Part shown: positions 37,901 to 45,743 of the stretch, piece by piece
Layout: each line of letters opens with the position of its first letter
Numbering within the stretch: position 1 is the first letter of the stretch
DNA from: Ostreococcus lucimarinus
Taxonomy: Eukaryota
Assembly (NCBI GenBank): GCA_000092065.1
Contig: CP000589.1
DNA: 64,000 nt
Strand: one strand, 5' to 3'
Made by a program: the position numbers and the translations under genes
Notes under the pieces: generated by a model
Seen by the model: the letters and a program-made list of their open reading frames with translations, nothing else
Database searches by the model: none
Told to the model about the DNA's origin: nothing

Positions 37901-38902
37901 GACGACGCGGACGTCGGTCGTCTTCGCTAATCGCAGCGCTGTCTCGATATCTTGCTTTATCATCTCCCGATTCTCCGGCGAATTGTTCACCGGAGGCAAA
38001 ACCCAAACGAATAATTGCGGCGATAAGCTATCGCTAAACTCAGAGAATGCGAGCTCGTGCATGGGGATGACCGTGATCGGCGTATCCGGTCGAGCGTCGA
38101 CGACGCGGCCCGATTCCTCCATGCGCCGGACTAAAATCTGATGCAAGCGTAGCCCTTCCCAGTCGCGCGGTAAGCCGGCGAGCGTCATGTACGCGTTCGG
38201 TCTGAACATCGATAACAAAGGCGAGTACCTCGCTCTCTTCGTCGCTTGCATGAGCAGCATGTTGGAGATCATGTTATCGAAGAGGGCCTCGCCGCGTTGC
38301 GTGAGCTCGATATCCATCGTTTTATTGCTTCGAACGTTGTACAGAAACGTTGATTTTCGCGCGGATCCTTGCGTAAACGTCAAGAACTTCGACGCGCTCC
38401 TAGATTGACCGACTATGGCTCCCAGAACGGCGATGTTTCCGCGCATGCCCTCCATCGCCGACGCGCTCAACCAGTTCCACAGCGCCGGCGCGAACGAAGG
38501 CGTGAGCGCCTCCTTCGCCACCGGTTCGCGCCCACCGTACCATCGCGCCAGCACTTTCGGCGCGCTCAGCTCGGGTTCGTACGTCTTCTGCACCGCTAAT
38601 CTATGCTCCGTCATCTCGTTCCCCGTGAGTTCCGAACTCGCCACGTTTTCCCGCGTCCAGTCGTAATCTTGCGCCAACCAACCCTTCAGCAGTTTCGACC
38701 CCGGTCTCGGCGTCTCCAACCCGAGCTCGCGCGCGCGCTGCGACTCAAAACTAGACGACGCCGACGTGGAGTACACCCCGCGCGGCGTCCGATCGCGCGC
38801 GCTCGTCGACGCGTCGAGCCCCGAGCGCGCGCGCGCGTCGACGCCGCCCGCCGTCTCGCGTCCCAGTCCCACCGCCGCGCGCGCCGCGCGACGACGCAGC
38901 AT
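34937..38902 (-). CDS. Protein kinase plus KEN ribonuclease domain protein (IRE1/RNase L-type module) with a large unrecognised N-terminal region
   Basis: ATG checked at 38900..38902. The kinase-like domain is at about 35582..36514 (GRGSLGTVV, AIKRI, HNDIKADN, DLG, DVWSFG). The KEN-like domain is at about 34985..35581 with RFARNMHEH at 35165..35182 (the RNxxxH motif). In the N-terminal roughly 796 aa (36515..38902) I recognise no domain, TM segment or signal peptide. Confidence 0.7.
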   Translation of the reverse strand: MLRRRAARAAVGLGRETAGGVDARARSGLDASTSARDRTPRGVYSTSASSSFESQRARELGLETPRPGSKLLKGWLAQDYDWTRENVASSELTGNEMTEHRLAVQKTYEPELSAPKVLARWYGGREPVAKEALTPSFAPALWNWLSASAMEGMRGNIAVLGAIVGQSRSASKFLTFTQGSARKSTFLYNVRSNKTMDIELTQRGEALFDNMISNMLLMQATKRARYSPLLSMFRPNAYMTLAGLPRDWEGLRLHQILVRRMEESGRVVDARPDTPITVIPMHELAFSEFSDSLSPQLFVWVLPPVNNSPENREMIKQDIETALRLAKTTDVRVVVCGLEFAGHRGSNVPVGKQWEEYMSDLTDLTRAAAIEEHSARFIGQLDNIQKQWLNEWSHNGLTLPEVTKMMSAGELDKFGEMTSVRARKWFDEYTAPYLGKQHDSRWFLMNAIFGGLRFINRLRSRTRSFGDSIVETTQHTHRFLRGEMTDEEILEEERKLIAFHGTPEGKAKVFPPVTKIFDALREFRAAVRKADLRAELKALTARAREITDTRDDADVVKAEVLLREMWNAKGRMSEVHLPQIEPSVAAFSMQLGKLEQIAALGEMHRQAFLDTVNRINEFAGAPMPIEGGPQALEAQGVEMEELMNELSSRIQARLAGSALQVSHENMEELQEEDISTELMDALQMDAEDVDAAAKASKLGRARVLALGAARDLLHAAEDVDPVKLRERIAQAKDMGVDEDIVRSAETKLENLERQIQAFIRAHRITDSLLPAPTSGNDSDSDRWVNAGRNIWYNEAEILGRGSLGTVVFKGYYDEGAGNRVVRRDAAIKRIPLPPGERGDNMKSLIEREIAIHKHLNERSTRATHILGSKLDVDRGDGAIYTAMELCGESLATWLKNAGTAGGAPAISHVERMDAVRQLAQAVEDVHAAGVTHNDIKADNCLRSADGEFKLADLGLGVRLKDANKATDGNTYSLTTFEGYGVNIGLQGRPPEVLLNAPLTPKVDVWSFGCLMYTIMTGLQSPYKQERKMDSRNKSPTQELDLSASTALDVGFENQRIVKGKFSLQAIETAMLPSHTAVAARELLHRMLDPDPRERPTATEVCEHPALWDVEECMEAVREIFDRRIVNSLSEKDEADLAQTVWKGRPGQAERAAQSIRNWKSLVVPSLLVRADRYAQRTANMQQTWEDARAARAAEAASKTNSKRNRRRGGKRAADVVPPPRQNEPKDYSYGNRLFDLVRFARNMHEHPPLEAERAEMLRALGSNVAVLLRPEDTAADPWTSSRKIVEAYIAHTFPDLPLFAHYLLKRDVTGVDAANAGASAP

Positions 38903-39511
38903 CGCGCGCGCGCGCTCGATCGTTACCTACGCGTCGCCCCCCGCGCGTCTCTCCCGCGCGCCCGCCCCGCGCGCGCGCCGCGCCGCCGCCGTCGTCTCGC
39001 GCCAATCCGCCTCGAGCGTTCGGTCCGCGTCCGGCGCGACCGAACGCCGGCTCGAGATCGCCGGCGCGAGCGACGTCGAGCCCGCGTCGAGGTCTTCGCG
39101 TCGACGCGCGCCGACCGCGCGCGCTCGACGCCGCCGGCGCGCTGTGGGGCGGCGACGCGCGCGCGCGCGTGTTTCGTATGGCGTCAGTGAGGAGACGAAT
39201 TTCTGGAATTCGGCGCATTCGGAACGCCCATCGAATCACGTATAGTAAACCGGAGACGCGCGCCGAGGGTTCAGGCGCCGCGCGCGCGTCAGAAGGCCGC
39301 GCGCGCGACGCGACGCGACCGTCGAGCGCGCGGACGGTGGGAGCGTCACGTCGGTGGCCCTCGGCGAGGACGCGCGCGCGCGACGCGGCGAAGACGCGGC
39401 GCGCAGAGGGAGAATTCCCGAACGATTCGGTGACGTAGATCTGGCGCGAATTGTCGGTGGGAAATCGCGAAACCGGCGACGGGGCGCGCGGTGAGCGTCG
39501 ACGGTGACGAG
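38903..39511. promoter_or_regulatory. Largest intergenic region of the window; divergent promoter between the kinase-KEN and PWWP genes
   Basis: 609 nt separate the divergent ATGs. It contains an imperfect inverted repeat at 39011..39056 and the motif GAATTTCTGGAATTC at 39197..39211. No convincing ORF or RNA gene was seen. Confidence 0.4.
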
Positions 39512-41734
39512 ATGCCGGCGTGCGCGATGGGAAACGATGCCGCGGAGCCGTACGCGAGCGCCGCGGGACGCGCGACGCAGGAGGTGCGGAAAGCGAGCGA
39601 CGCGACGCGCGGGGGACGGGGAGAGATCAGAGGAGAGACGCCGGATTTGCCGCTGTCTTACGCTCGAAACGGCGGGACGTGCTCGACGAGCGATGACTCG
39701 AGGCCGAGTTCGAGGATGGCGATGGGCAAGGATGGGAATTCGCGCGCGAGCGGGGACGGGACGACGTCGGGAATGGAGGAAGAGCGCAGACGAGCGAGAG
39801 AGGCGACTCGCGCGTGGTTCTCGGAGCGCGCGGCGAACGGAGATCTGGAGCTCATGCGCGCGGAGTTACACTCGATGGGACAGAAGGAGTTACAGCGCAT
39901 GTTTGTCGAGATGTTTGACCGCGCGACGACGAGCAACAATAATCAGTGGTTGCGAAGACGAATCGCCAACGGGTTGGGCTTGGAGGACGTCGCCGAGCAC
40001 GTCGTGAGCTCGCAAGCCAAGTTGGCTTCGGCGACGAACGAACGCGTTCCATCGAAGAGACAAAGTGCGCGTCGCAATGCGGTGGAAACCGCGGCAGTAA
40101 CACCGGCGGCACAGGCGACGCCGAACACGCGGGGCGCGGAGTCCCCGGACGAGGCGGCGGAGTTCACCCCTGATGGCGTTCGCAAGTCTCGTCGAGCGGT
40201 GAAGCCGAAGGCGATATTTGATTCCGACGCGTTTCCTTCCGCGGCCAAGGTGAGTGAGGAGCGTAGGCGAGAACGAAAGCGACAAGAGGCATTGGAGCAG
40301 GCGGCGACGTGCGCGAGTGGTGTAACGACGGATCATCACGGCGGCAAGGCCGCCGTAGGACGCCGCGTGCGAGTGTACTGGCCTCTCGAAGGCAAGTTCT
40401 TTGCGGGTGTCGTCACTGCGTACAACGCGCGCACTGGCTTGCACCACATCGACTACGACGACGGCGACAAGGAAGAAATCAAGCTGGCGACGCCCGAACA
40501 GCCTCGCAAGTTTGAGGCCATCGAGCACCCGGCGTTGGCGTCGACGCCTTCTCCGGCGAGTGACTGGCCTGCACTTACGAATACTGTCGATTCATCGATA
40601 TCGTTGTCTATGCCGCAGCCGGGACGACCTGCTGATATTCTCAGTACGCTCCCGTCAAGCTGGCCGGCGGTGGGATCGCTTGTGTGGGGTCGGGTGCGCG
40701 GTCACGGCTGGTGGCCCGGAGCGGTGCACGACAAGGACGCGAGTCACGACATGCAAGAGATCAGTTTCTTCGACAACAGTAGGGCTCGACTTCACCGCCA
40801 CGACTTGTTGCCCTTTCAACAGTATTACATGGTGCTGCGCGACGCGAAAAAGACGCACGCGTACGCCGAGGCGGTTTCTCGAGCGGCGGAAACGTATGAA
40901 AGCCGACGGCAGCGAACGGTGAAGCGACGTTCGAAGAAGGAAGAGCAATCAAACGTCGAAGAGTCGAGTGAGCCGCCGAGAATATGGCATTTCGAACGCG
41001 AGGGGGCAAAGAAGTCGCACAAGCGGTCGAAAGACGTTGACGTCGACGACGCAGGCGCGGCGAAGCGAGGCAAAGTGAACGAACACTCGACGACGGTATT
41101 CGGTTCGATTGAAGCTCCGAAGACTCTGAACGATCTAAATAAGAGCTTGGAAGAGATGAAGGCCAAGATGTTACCGCTCGCGAAAGAGAGCCGAAAGACG
41201 CTCAACAAACATCTGGTAGACACCGCCAGAAAAGTGAAAACGGAGGCGGCTGACGACGACGAAGAGACACTGATCGCCGCCGATGAACGTGTCGTGGTGC
41301 TCGACGAGTTGGCGTCCATCGAATCCTTGATTGCGTGGAGCGAAAACAAAGCTGCGAAGTCGCCCGCCAAGACTCCCGATTTGTCCTTCATGACAAAACG
41401 CGGCGATGACATTTCACCCTCGGACCCGAAAGGGCTTCTACGACAACCGAGTGAAAACTTGTTGTGCTTGGGTGAGATTAGTGAGTTTTTCGACGGTACC
41501 GCGCGAGCGGATCCCTTGGGAATCGACGATCCAATTGTCGCCGATTTGGGCGCGGACGAAGTCGCCAAGATGACCGCGCCATCCACGCCCGAGCAACACG
41601 GCATCGAAGGCGAGGGCAGTCCGTTCGCAAAAAGCAACATGAGTGACTCGTGCACCACGCTTCACGCCTCTTACGGTGACAAAAAGATTAACGTCTCAGA
41701 GACGCCGGTGACGAAAGGAGCGCTCTCCGCCTGA
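39512..41734 (+). CDS. Chromatin-reader-like protein with Tudor/Agenet-like and PWWP domains
   Basis: The track start at 39491 is GTG and the first ATG is at 39512. The Tudor-like part is RRVRVYWPLEGKFFAGVVTAYNARTGLHHIDYDDGDKEEIKL. The PWWP part is GSLVWGRVRGHGWWPGAVHD...FFDNSRARL. Confidence 0.6.
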   Translation: MPACAMGNDAAEPYASAAGRATQEVRKASDATRGGRGEIRGETPDLPLSYARNGGTCSTSDDSRPSSRMAMGKDGNSRASGDGTTSGMEEERRRAREATRAWFSERAANGDLELMRAELHSMGQKELQRMFVEMFDRATTSNNNQWLRRRIANGLGLEDVAEHVVSSQAKLASATNERVPSKRQSARRNAVETAAVTPAAQATPNTRGAESPDEAAEFTPDGVRKSRRAVKPKAIFDSDAFPSAAKVSEERRRERKRQEALEQAATCASGVTTDHHGGKAAVGRRVRVYWPLEGKFFAGVVTAYNARTGLHHIDYDDGDKEEIKLATPEQPRKFEAIEHPALASTPSPASDWPALTNTVDSSISLSMPQPGRPADILSTLPSSWPAVGSLVWGRVRGHGWWPGAVHDKDASHDMQEISFFDNSRARLHRHDLLPFQQYYMVLRDAKKTHAYAEAVSRAAETYESRRQRTVKRRSKKEEQSNVEESSEPPRIWHFEREGAKKSHKRSKDVDVDDAGAAKRGKVNEHSTTVFGSIEAPKTLNDLNKSLEEMKAKMLPLAKESRKTLNKHLVDTARKVKTEAADDDEETLIAADERVVVLDELASIESLIAWSENKAAKSPAKTPDLSFMTKRGDDISPSDPKGLLRQPSENLLCLGEISEFFDGTARADPLGIDDPIVADLGADEVAKMTAPSTPEQHGIEGEGSPFAKSNMSDSCTTLHASYGDKKINVSETPVTKGALSA

Positions 41735-41939
41735 GCGTAGAGGCGATAGATTACACAACATTTTCCACCACCGTCCTCTTCGGTGGGTCCACTTTCGAAC
41801 GTACCCTATTTTGACATTTAATACTAAAAAGCCGTGTACACTAAAAGAACGAGCGCGCGAACCTGCGCACGCGCGACCTCTTCTCTCGCCTCACAGTCAG
41901 CCTCGGGCGCGCGAACGCGACCTTTTCGACCTCGTAAAC

Positions 41940-42617
41940 ATGCCCAAACGTTGGCTTCCGCTCGAAGCCAACCCAGAGGTGATGAACGCATTCGCCCGTC
42001 ACCTCGGTCTGAGCGACGACTTCGCGTTTCACGACATCTACGGCTTTGACGACGAACTGTTGGACTTTGTACCGCAGCCGTGCGTCGCCGTGTTGCTCCT
42101 GTTCCCCATCACCCCCGCCACGGAAGCGATCGAGGGCGAGCCGAAGCCCGAGACGAGCTCGAGCGGCGAGCCGTGGTTCGCGAGACAGACGGTGGGGAAC
42201 GCGTGCGGGACGATGGGGGTGCTGCACGCCGCGCTGAACGGCGCGGGCGCGACGAAGCCGGGGAGTTACTTTGAGCAGCTGCGAGCTCGCTGTGAGGGTT
42301 TGGACGCAGACGCGCGGGCGAAGATCATCGAAAGTGACGACGCTTTAGAAACCGCGCACGTGGGGGCGTCCGTGGAGGGTCAGTCGGAGGTGCCGCGCGA
42401 AGACGCCGAGGTGGATTTGCACTTTGTCGCGCTCGTCGAGGCGAACGGAGGAATATGGGAGCTCGATGGACGCAAACCGACCGGACCCGCGTACCACGGA
42501 CCGAGCTCGGATAAAGGTTTGTTGCGCGACTGCGTGCCCGTGATCAAAAAGTTCATGAACGCCGCGAACGGATCGATCCATTTCAACGCCATCGCGCTCG
42601 CGGCGAATCTCGGCTAG
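41940..42617 (+). CDS. Ubiquitin C-terminal hydrolase, UCH-L1/L3 family
   Basis: Starts at the internal ATG (residue 44) of ORF 41811..42617. Motifs are MPKRWLPLEANPEVMNAF, the catalytic Cys context RQTVGNACGTMGVLHA, and HFVALVEANGGIWELDGRK. Confidence 0.9.
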   Translation: MPKRWLPLEANPEVMNAFARHLGLSDDFAFHDIYGFDDELLDFVPQPCVAVLLLFPITPATEAIEGEPKPETSSSGEPWFARQTVGNACGTMGVLHAALNGAGATKPGSYFEQLRARCEGLDADARAKIIESDDALETAHVGASVEGQSEVPREDAEVDLHFVALVEANGGIWELDGRKPTGPAYHGPSSDKGLLRDCVPVIKKFMNAANGSIHFNAIALAANLG

Positions 42618-42806
42618 CGAGCCGACGCGTCTCACCGAGCGCGCGTTGTACACTGAACTCTCGAATCGCACTACAACGTCGTCATCGCTCGCGTCGTTCG
42701 CATCGCGATCGCCGCGGATCGATCGCGCGAGAAACTATCTAGATCGCGACGCGTCGCCGTCTCCGACGCCGGCGCGTCGCCGTCTCGTCTTCGCCCCCTC
42801 GCGCGC

Positions 42807-43250
42807 TCAATATCTCGTCCCCTCCGCCGGTTGCGGCGCCCTTCGACACTCCGGTCGCATCATCGCGTGATACACCGCGTTCAGCGCGTCCTCGATCGAG
42901 TTATTCCTCTTCCACGCCTGCGCGACGCCCAGCGTCTTCAAATCCACCGTCCCGTCGCCCTTCACGAATGGCAGATTCACCTTCGTCTTAAATCGCATCT
43001 CCGGCGGTCTCTCCGGGTACGCGCTCCCGCACTCGATCGCGAGCTCCAGCACGCGCATGTCCAGCGTCGTTCCCGCGGGTCCGAGGATCGTCCCCGTCCA
43101 CGCGCGCATGTCCTCGTCCTCGTCCGCGTCCGCGAGTCCGTACGAGAGGTACGGCGGCAGGCCCGCGCCGCCCTTCTCGCCCTTCTCCAGCTCCTTCAGC
43201 AGCTTGAACGCGCGCGGCACGACGACGTCCTCCGAGGACGACCCGAACAT
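42807..43250 (-). CDS. Ubiquitin-conjugating enzyme variant (UEV, MMS2/UEV1-like)
   Basis: ATG checked at 43248..43250. Motifs are VPRAFKLLKELEKGEKG, WTGTILGP and YPERPPEMRFKTKVNLPFV. There is no catalytic Cys context. Confidence 0.85.
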   Translation of the reverse strand: MFGSSSEDVVVPRAFKLLKELEKGEKGGAGLPPYLSYGLADADEDEDMRAWTGTILGPAGTTLDMRVLELAIECGSAYPERPPEMRFKTKVNLPFVKGDGTVDLKTLGVAQAWKRNNSIEDALNAVYHAMMRPECRRAPQPAEGTRY

Positions 43251-43532
43251 GGCGCTCGGCGCGCGTGGCGCGCGCGGCGCGCGGCGATGTGGCGATGTGG
43301 CGCGTCGTTTTCATCGACGCCGTCGCGTTCGCGCGCTCGCGGCGCGCGCGCGCGCTCGGCGATGTGGCGCGCGCGGCGTCGATCGCTCGATTGAATCACA
43401 ACGCGGCTAGTCGCGTCGAGTCGCGCGTCGTCGCTCGATCGCGCGCGTCGCGGTCGTCGATCTATCCGAACCGACGAATCTCAAGCTCGGCCGAGCGTCG
43501 CGTCTCGGTCGCGTCGCGCGCGCGCGCGACGC

Positions 43533-43754
43533 TCACTCGACGTTCGCGAACGCGCGCTGCGCGTCCTCGTACGCGCTGCCGACGCCGACGCCGACGCCGA
43601 AGGCGAGCGCGGCGACGCGCGCGCGCGGGCCGCGCAGAAAGATGAAGGCGCTCGCGCCGCCCGCGAGGGCGCCGTAGCACGCGCGACGCAGGCCCACGTC
43701 CACGGCGCGCTCGACGGCGACGTCGTACGGCACGCGCGCGTCGTCGTGCGCCAT
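43533..43754 (-). CDS. MIC10: MICOS subunit Mic10-like small membrane protein
   Basis: The track start at 43787 is GTG and the internal ATG is residue 12. It is 73 aa. It has a glycine-zipper GVGVGVG in LAFGVGVGVGSAYEDAQ, preceded by a hydrophobic hairpin, as in the DUF543/Mic10 family. Confidence 0.55.
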   Translation of the reverse strand: MAHDDARVPYDVAVERAVDVGLRRACYGALAGGASAFIFLRGPRARVAALAFGVGVGVGSAYEDAQRAFANVE

Positions 43755-43810
43755 GGAGGCGAGCGCGGCGCGCTGTGCGGGCGGCACAACGCGACGCGGC
43801 GCCGCGATTC

Positions 43811-44458
43811 ATGGGGTGCGCGCAGAGCAAAACCGCGACGGCGCGGCGCGGGGACGTGCGCCTGGTCGACGACGACGACGCGACGACGACGACGACGGAG
43901 GTGCGCGTGAAACTGGTGCTGCTCGGCGCGAGCGGCGCCGGGAAGACGGCGCTGTCGACGCGATTCGTGCGCGGGACGTTTGACGGTGAAAACGCGAGCG
44001 CGACGGTCGGCGCGGCGTTCGCGTCGACGACGCGCGCGCTCGACGACGCGCGGGCGCGGATAAAGTTTGAAATATGGGACACCGCGGGACAGGAGCGATA
44101 CGCGAGCCTGGCGCCGCTGTATTATCGAGGCGCGACGGCGGCGATGATCGCGTTCGACGCGCGCGACGGCGCGAGCTTCGAACGCGCGAGGTATTGGGCG
44201 GAAGAACTGCGCAAGCACGGCGACGCGCGGTGTCGGGTGCTGTTGGTGGGGAATAAAATCGACGCGGTGCGCGACGACGAGCGAGCGACGGCGCGCGAGG
44301 CGTGCGAGGCGCTGGCGAGGGAGTACGGGATGGCGGCGTATCGCGAGACGAGCGCGAAGACGGGCGAGGGCGTTCAAGAGGCGTTCGAGGACGTCGCGCG
44401 CGCGGTGATGACGCGGGAAATGAGCGCGCGGGAAGACGCGACGGTGGTTGACGCGTGA
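43811..44458 (+). CDS. Rab5-family GTPase of the ARA6/RABF1 type (N-terminal MGC acylation motif, no C-terminal Cys)
   Basis: The track start at 43775 is GTG and the ATG at 43811 gives MGCAQSK. Motifs are GASGAGKT, WDTAGQERY, YYRGA, GNKID and ETSAK. The tail REMSAREDATVVDA has no cysteine. Confidence 0.85.
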   Translation: MGCAQSKTATARRGDVRLVDDDDATTTTTEVRVKLVLLGASGAGKTALSTRFVRGTFDGENASATVGAAFASTTRALDDARARIKFEIWDTAGQERYASLAPLYYRGATAAMIAFDARDGASFERARYWAEELRKHGDARCRVLLVGNKIDAVRDDERATAREACEALAREYGMAAYRETSAKTGEGVQEAFEDVARAVMTREMSAREDATVVDA

Positions 44459-44472
44459 GGCGACGCGCAGAG

Positions 44473-44477
44473 TGTAA
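44473..44477 (+). terminator. Candidate TGTAA polyadenylation signal after the Rab gene (second copy at 44488..44492)
   Basis: The sequence agTGTAAaatatgacgaTGTAAtc starts 15 nt after the stop codon. Confidence 0.3.
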
Positions 44478-44561
44478 AATATGACGATGTAATCGCGCGT
44501 CGCGTCGTCGCGCTTTTAGACGTCTAACCGTCGCCGCAGTTCGCGACGCCGCGGTCCGCGA

Positions 44562-45743
44562 ATGCTGCGCGTCGCTCGCGCCCGAGCGCCGCGCGCGCGC
44601 GTGAATGGCGCTCGCGCGCGTCGTCGCGCGCGCCGAAGCGCCGCGCGCCGCACCGAGGCGACGGGAAACGGTGGCGAACACGAACCGCCGCCGCCACCGG
44701 GCGGCGTCGTGTCCTTCGTCTTGTGCGCGCCCGAAGGACCTTTGAACGTCGGCGCGGCCGCGCGCGTGATTCAAAACTTTTCGTTGCCGAGCTCGCTTCG
44801 CGTCGTGCGTCCGAGCGCGAGCGTGCTGCGCGACGACGACGACGGCGCGTCGGCGCCGCGGTTGCACGAAGACGCGTACAAATTCGCGGTGCACGCGAAG
44901 TGGATGCTGGACGATTGCTGCGCGCGAGGAGAGAGCGTGCTCGAGGCGGTGGCCGAAGCATCGCTCGTCGTCGCCACGACGGCGCGTCCGCGGGAAAATT
45001 TACCGCTGTTGACGCTCGGCGCGGCGTGCGAGAAAATGCGAGACGAAATCGCTCGAGGCGGCAAGTGCGCGATTCTTTTCGGGAACGAACGCACCGGTTT
45101 GACGAACGAAGAGCTCGAGCTCGCTGAATTCGGTGTTTCCATACCGACTTCGGCGACGGTCGGAACGTCCGCGATGGCGCGTCGAAACAAGTATTCCGGC
45201 GGCGCGGGCGTCGACGGATCGCAGACGGCGACGTCGCTGAATCTCGGCATGGCGGTCGGCGTCGTGGCTTACGAGCTATTTTCACAAGTGCACGCGGTGC
45301 GAGAAGACGACGAGACAAAGTCCATCGGTGGGTTCAATCAACCGCATCGCTTGACCGTGGGCGAGCGCGCCGCGCTCATCGACGACGTCGTCGCGGCGCG
45401 GCGAGCCGTCGATGTCTTCGCCGACGTCGACGCCGAAGAGGACGTCATCTTTGCCGAAAAGGAACGTCGCGCCATCACGGCGGTATTATCTTCGGGACCG
45501 ATCGCGACGCGAGATGCGACGCCGATTTTCATGCTCGCGCGGCGCGCGCGCGCGCTCGCCCGGCTCGCGGACCCGAACGCGTTAGTCGCCGACGCGGCGC
45601 GCGCGTACGCGCGAGCCAACGGTGGCGCCGTGCCGAGCACCAAATCTCTCAACGCGTACATTCGCGAAACATTAGGCATCAGTCTCACGAAGCGCGAGCT
45701 CGAGCGCGCCGCAGCGTTGGTTCGCGACGACTTGCCGCCTTGA
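44562..45743 (+). CDS. SpoU/TrmH-family RNA 2'-O-methyltransferase (TrmJ-like)
   Basis: ATG checked at 44562. Motifs are FVLCAPEGPLNVGAAARVIQNF, AILFGNERTGLTNEEL and SLNLGMAVGVVAYEL. The N-terminus is Arg-rich. Confidence 0.7.
   Translation: MLRVARARAPRARVNGARARRRARRSAARRTEATGNGGEHEPPPPPGGVVSFVLCAPEGPLNVGAAARVIQNFSLPSSLRVVRPSASVLRDDDDGASAPRLHEDAYKFAVHAKWMLDDCCARGESVLEAVAEASLVVATTARPRENLPLLTLGAACEKMRDEIARGGKCAILFGNERTGLTNEELELAEFGVSIPTSATVGTSAMARRNKYSGGAGVDGSQTATSLNLGMAVGVVAYELFSQVHAVREDDETKSIGGFNQPHRLTVGERAALIDDVVAARRAVDVFADVDAEEDVIFAEKERRAITAVLSSGPIATRDATPIFMLARRARALARLADPNALVADAARAYARANGGAVPSTKSLNAYIRETLGISLTKRELERAAALVRDDLPP

Noticed and set aside
39197-39211. GAATTTCTGGAATTC considered as a heat-shock element.
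   Set aside because: Only the central TTCnnGAA pair has canonical spacing. The flanking GAA and TTC units are offset by one base, so it is not a canonical three-unit HSE. I kept it only as a note within the intergenic-region finding.
43481-44377. A 298-aa ORF on the minus strand, and a 361-aa ORF at 43809..44894.
   Set aside because: They are antisense to the Rab and methyltransferase genes. They are Arg/Ala/Pro-rich with no motifs.
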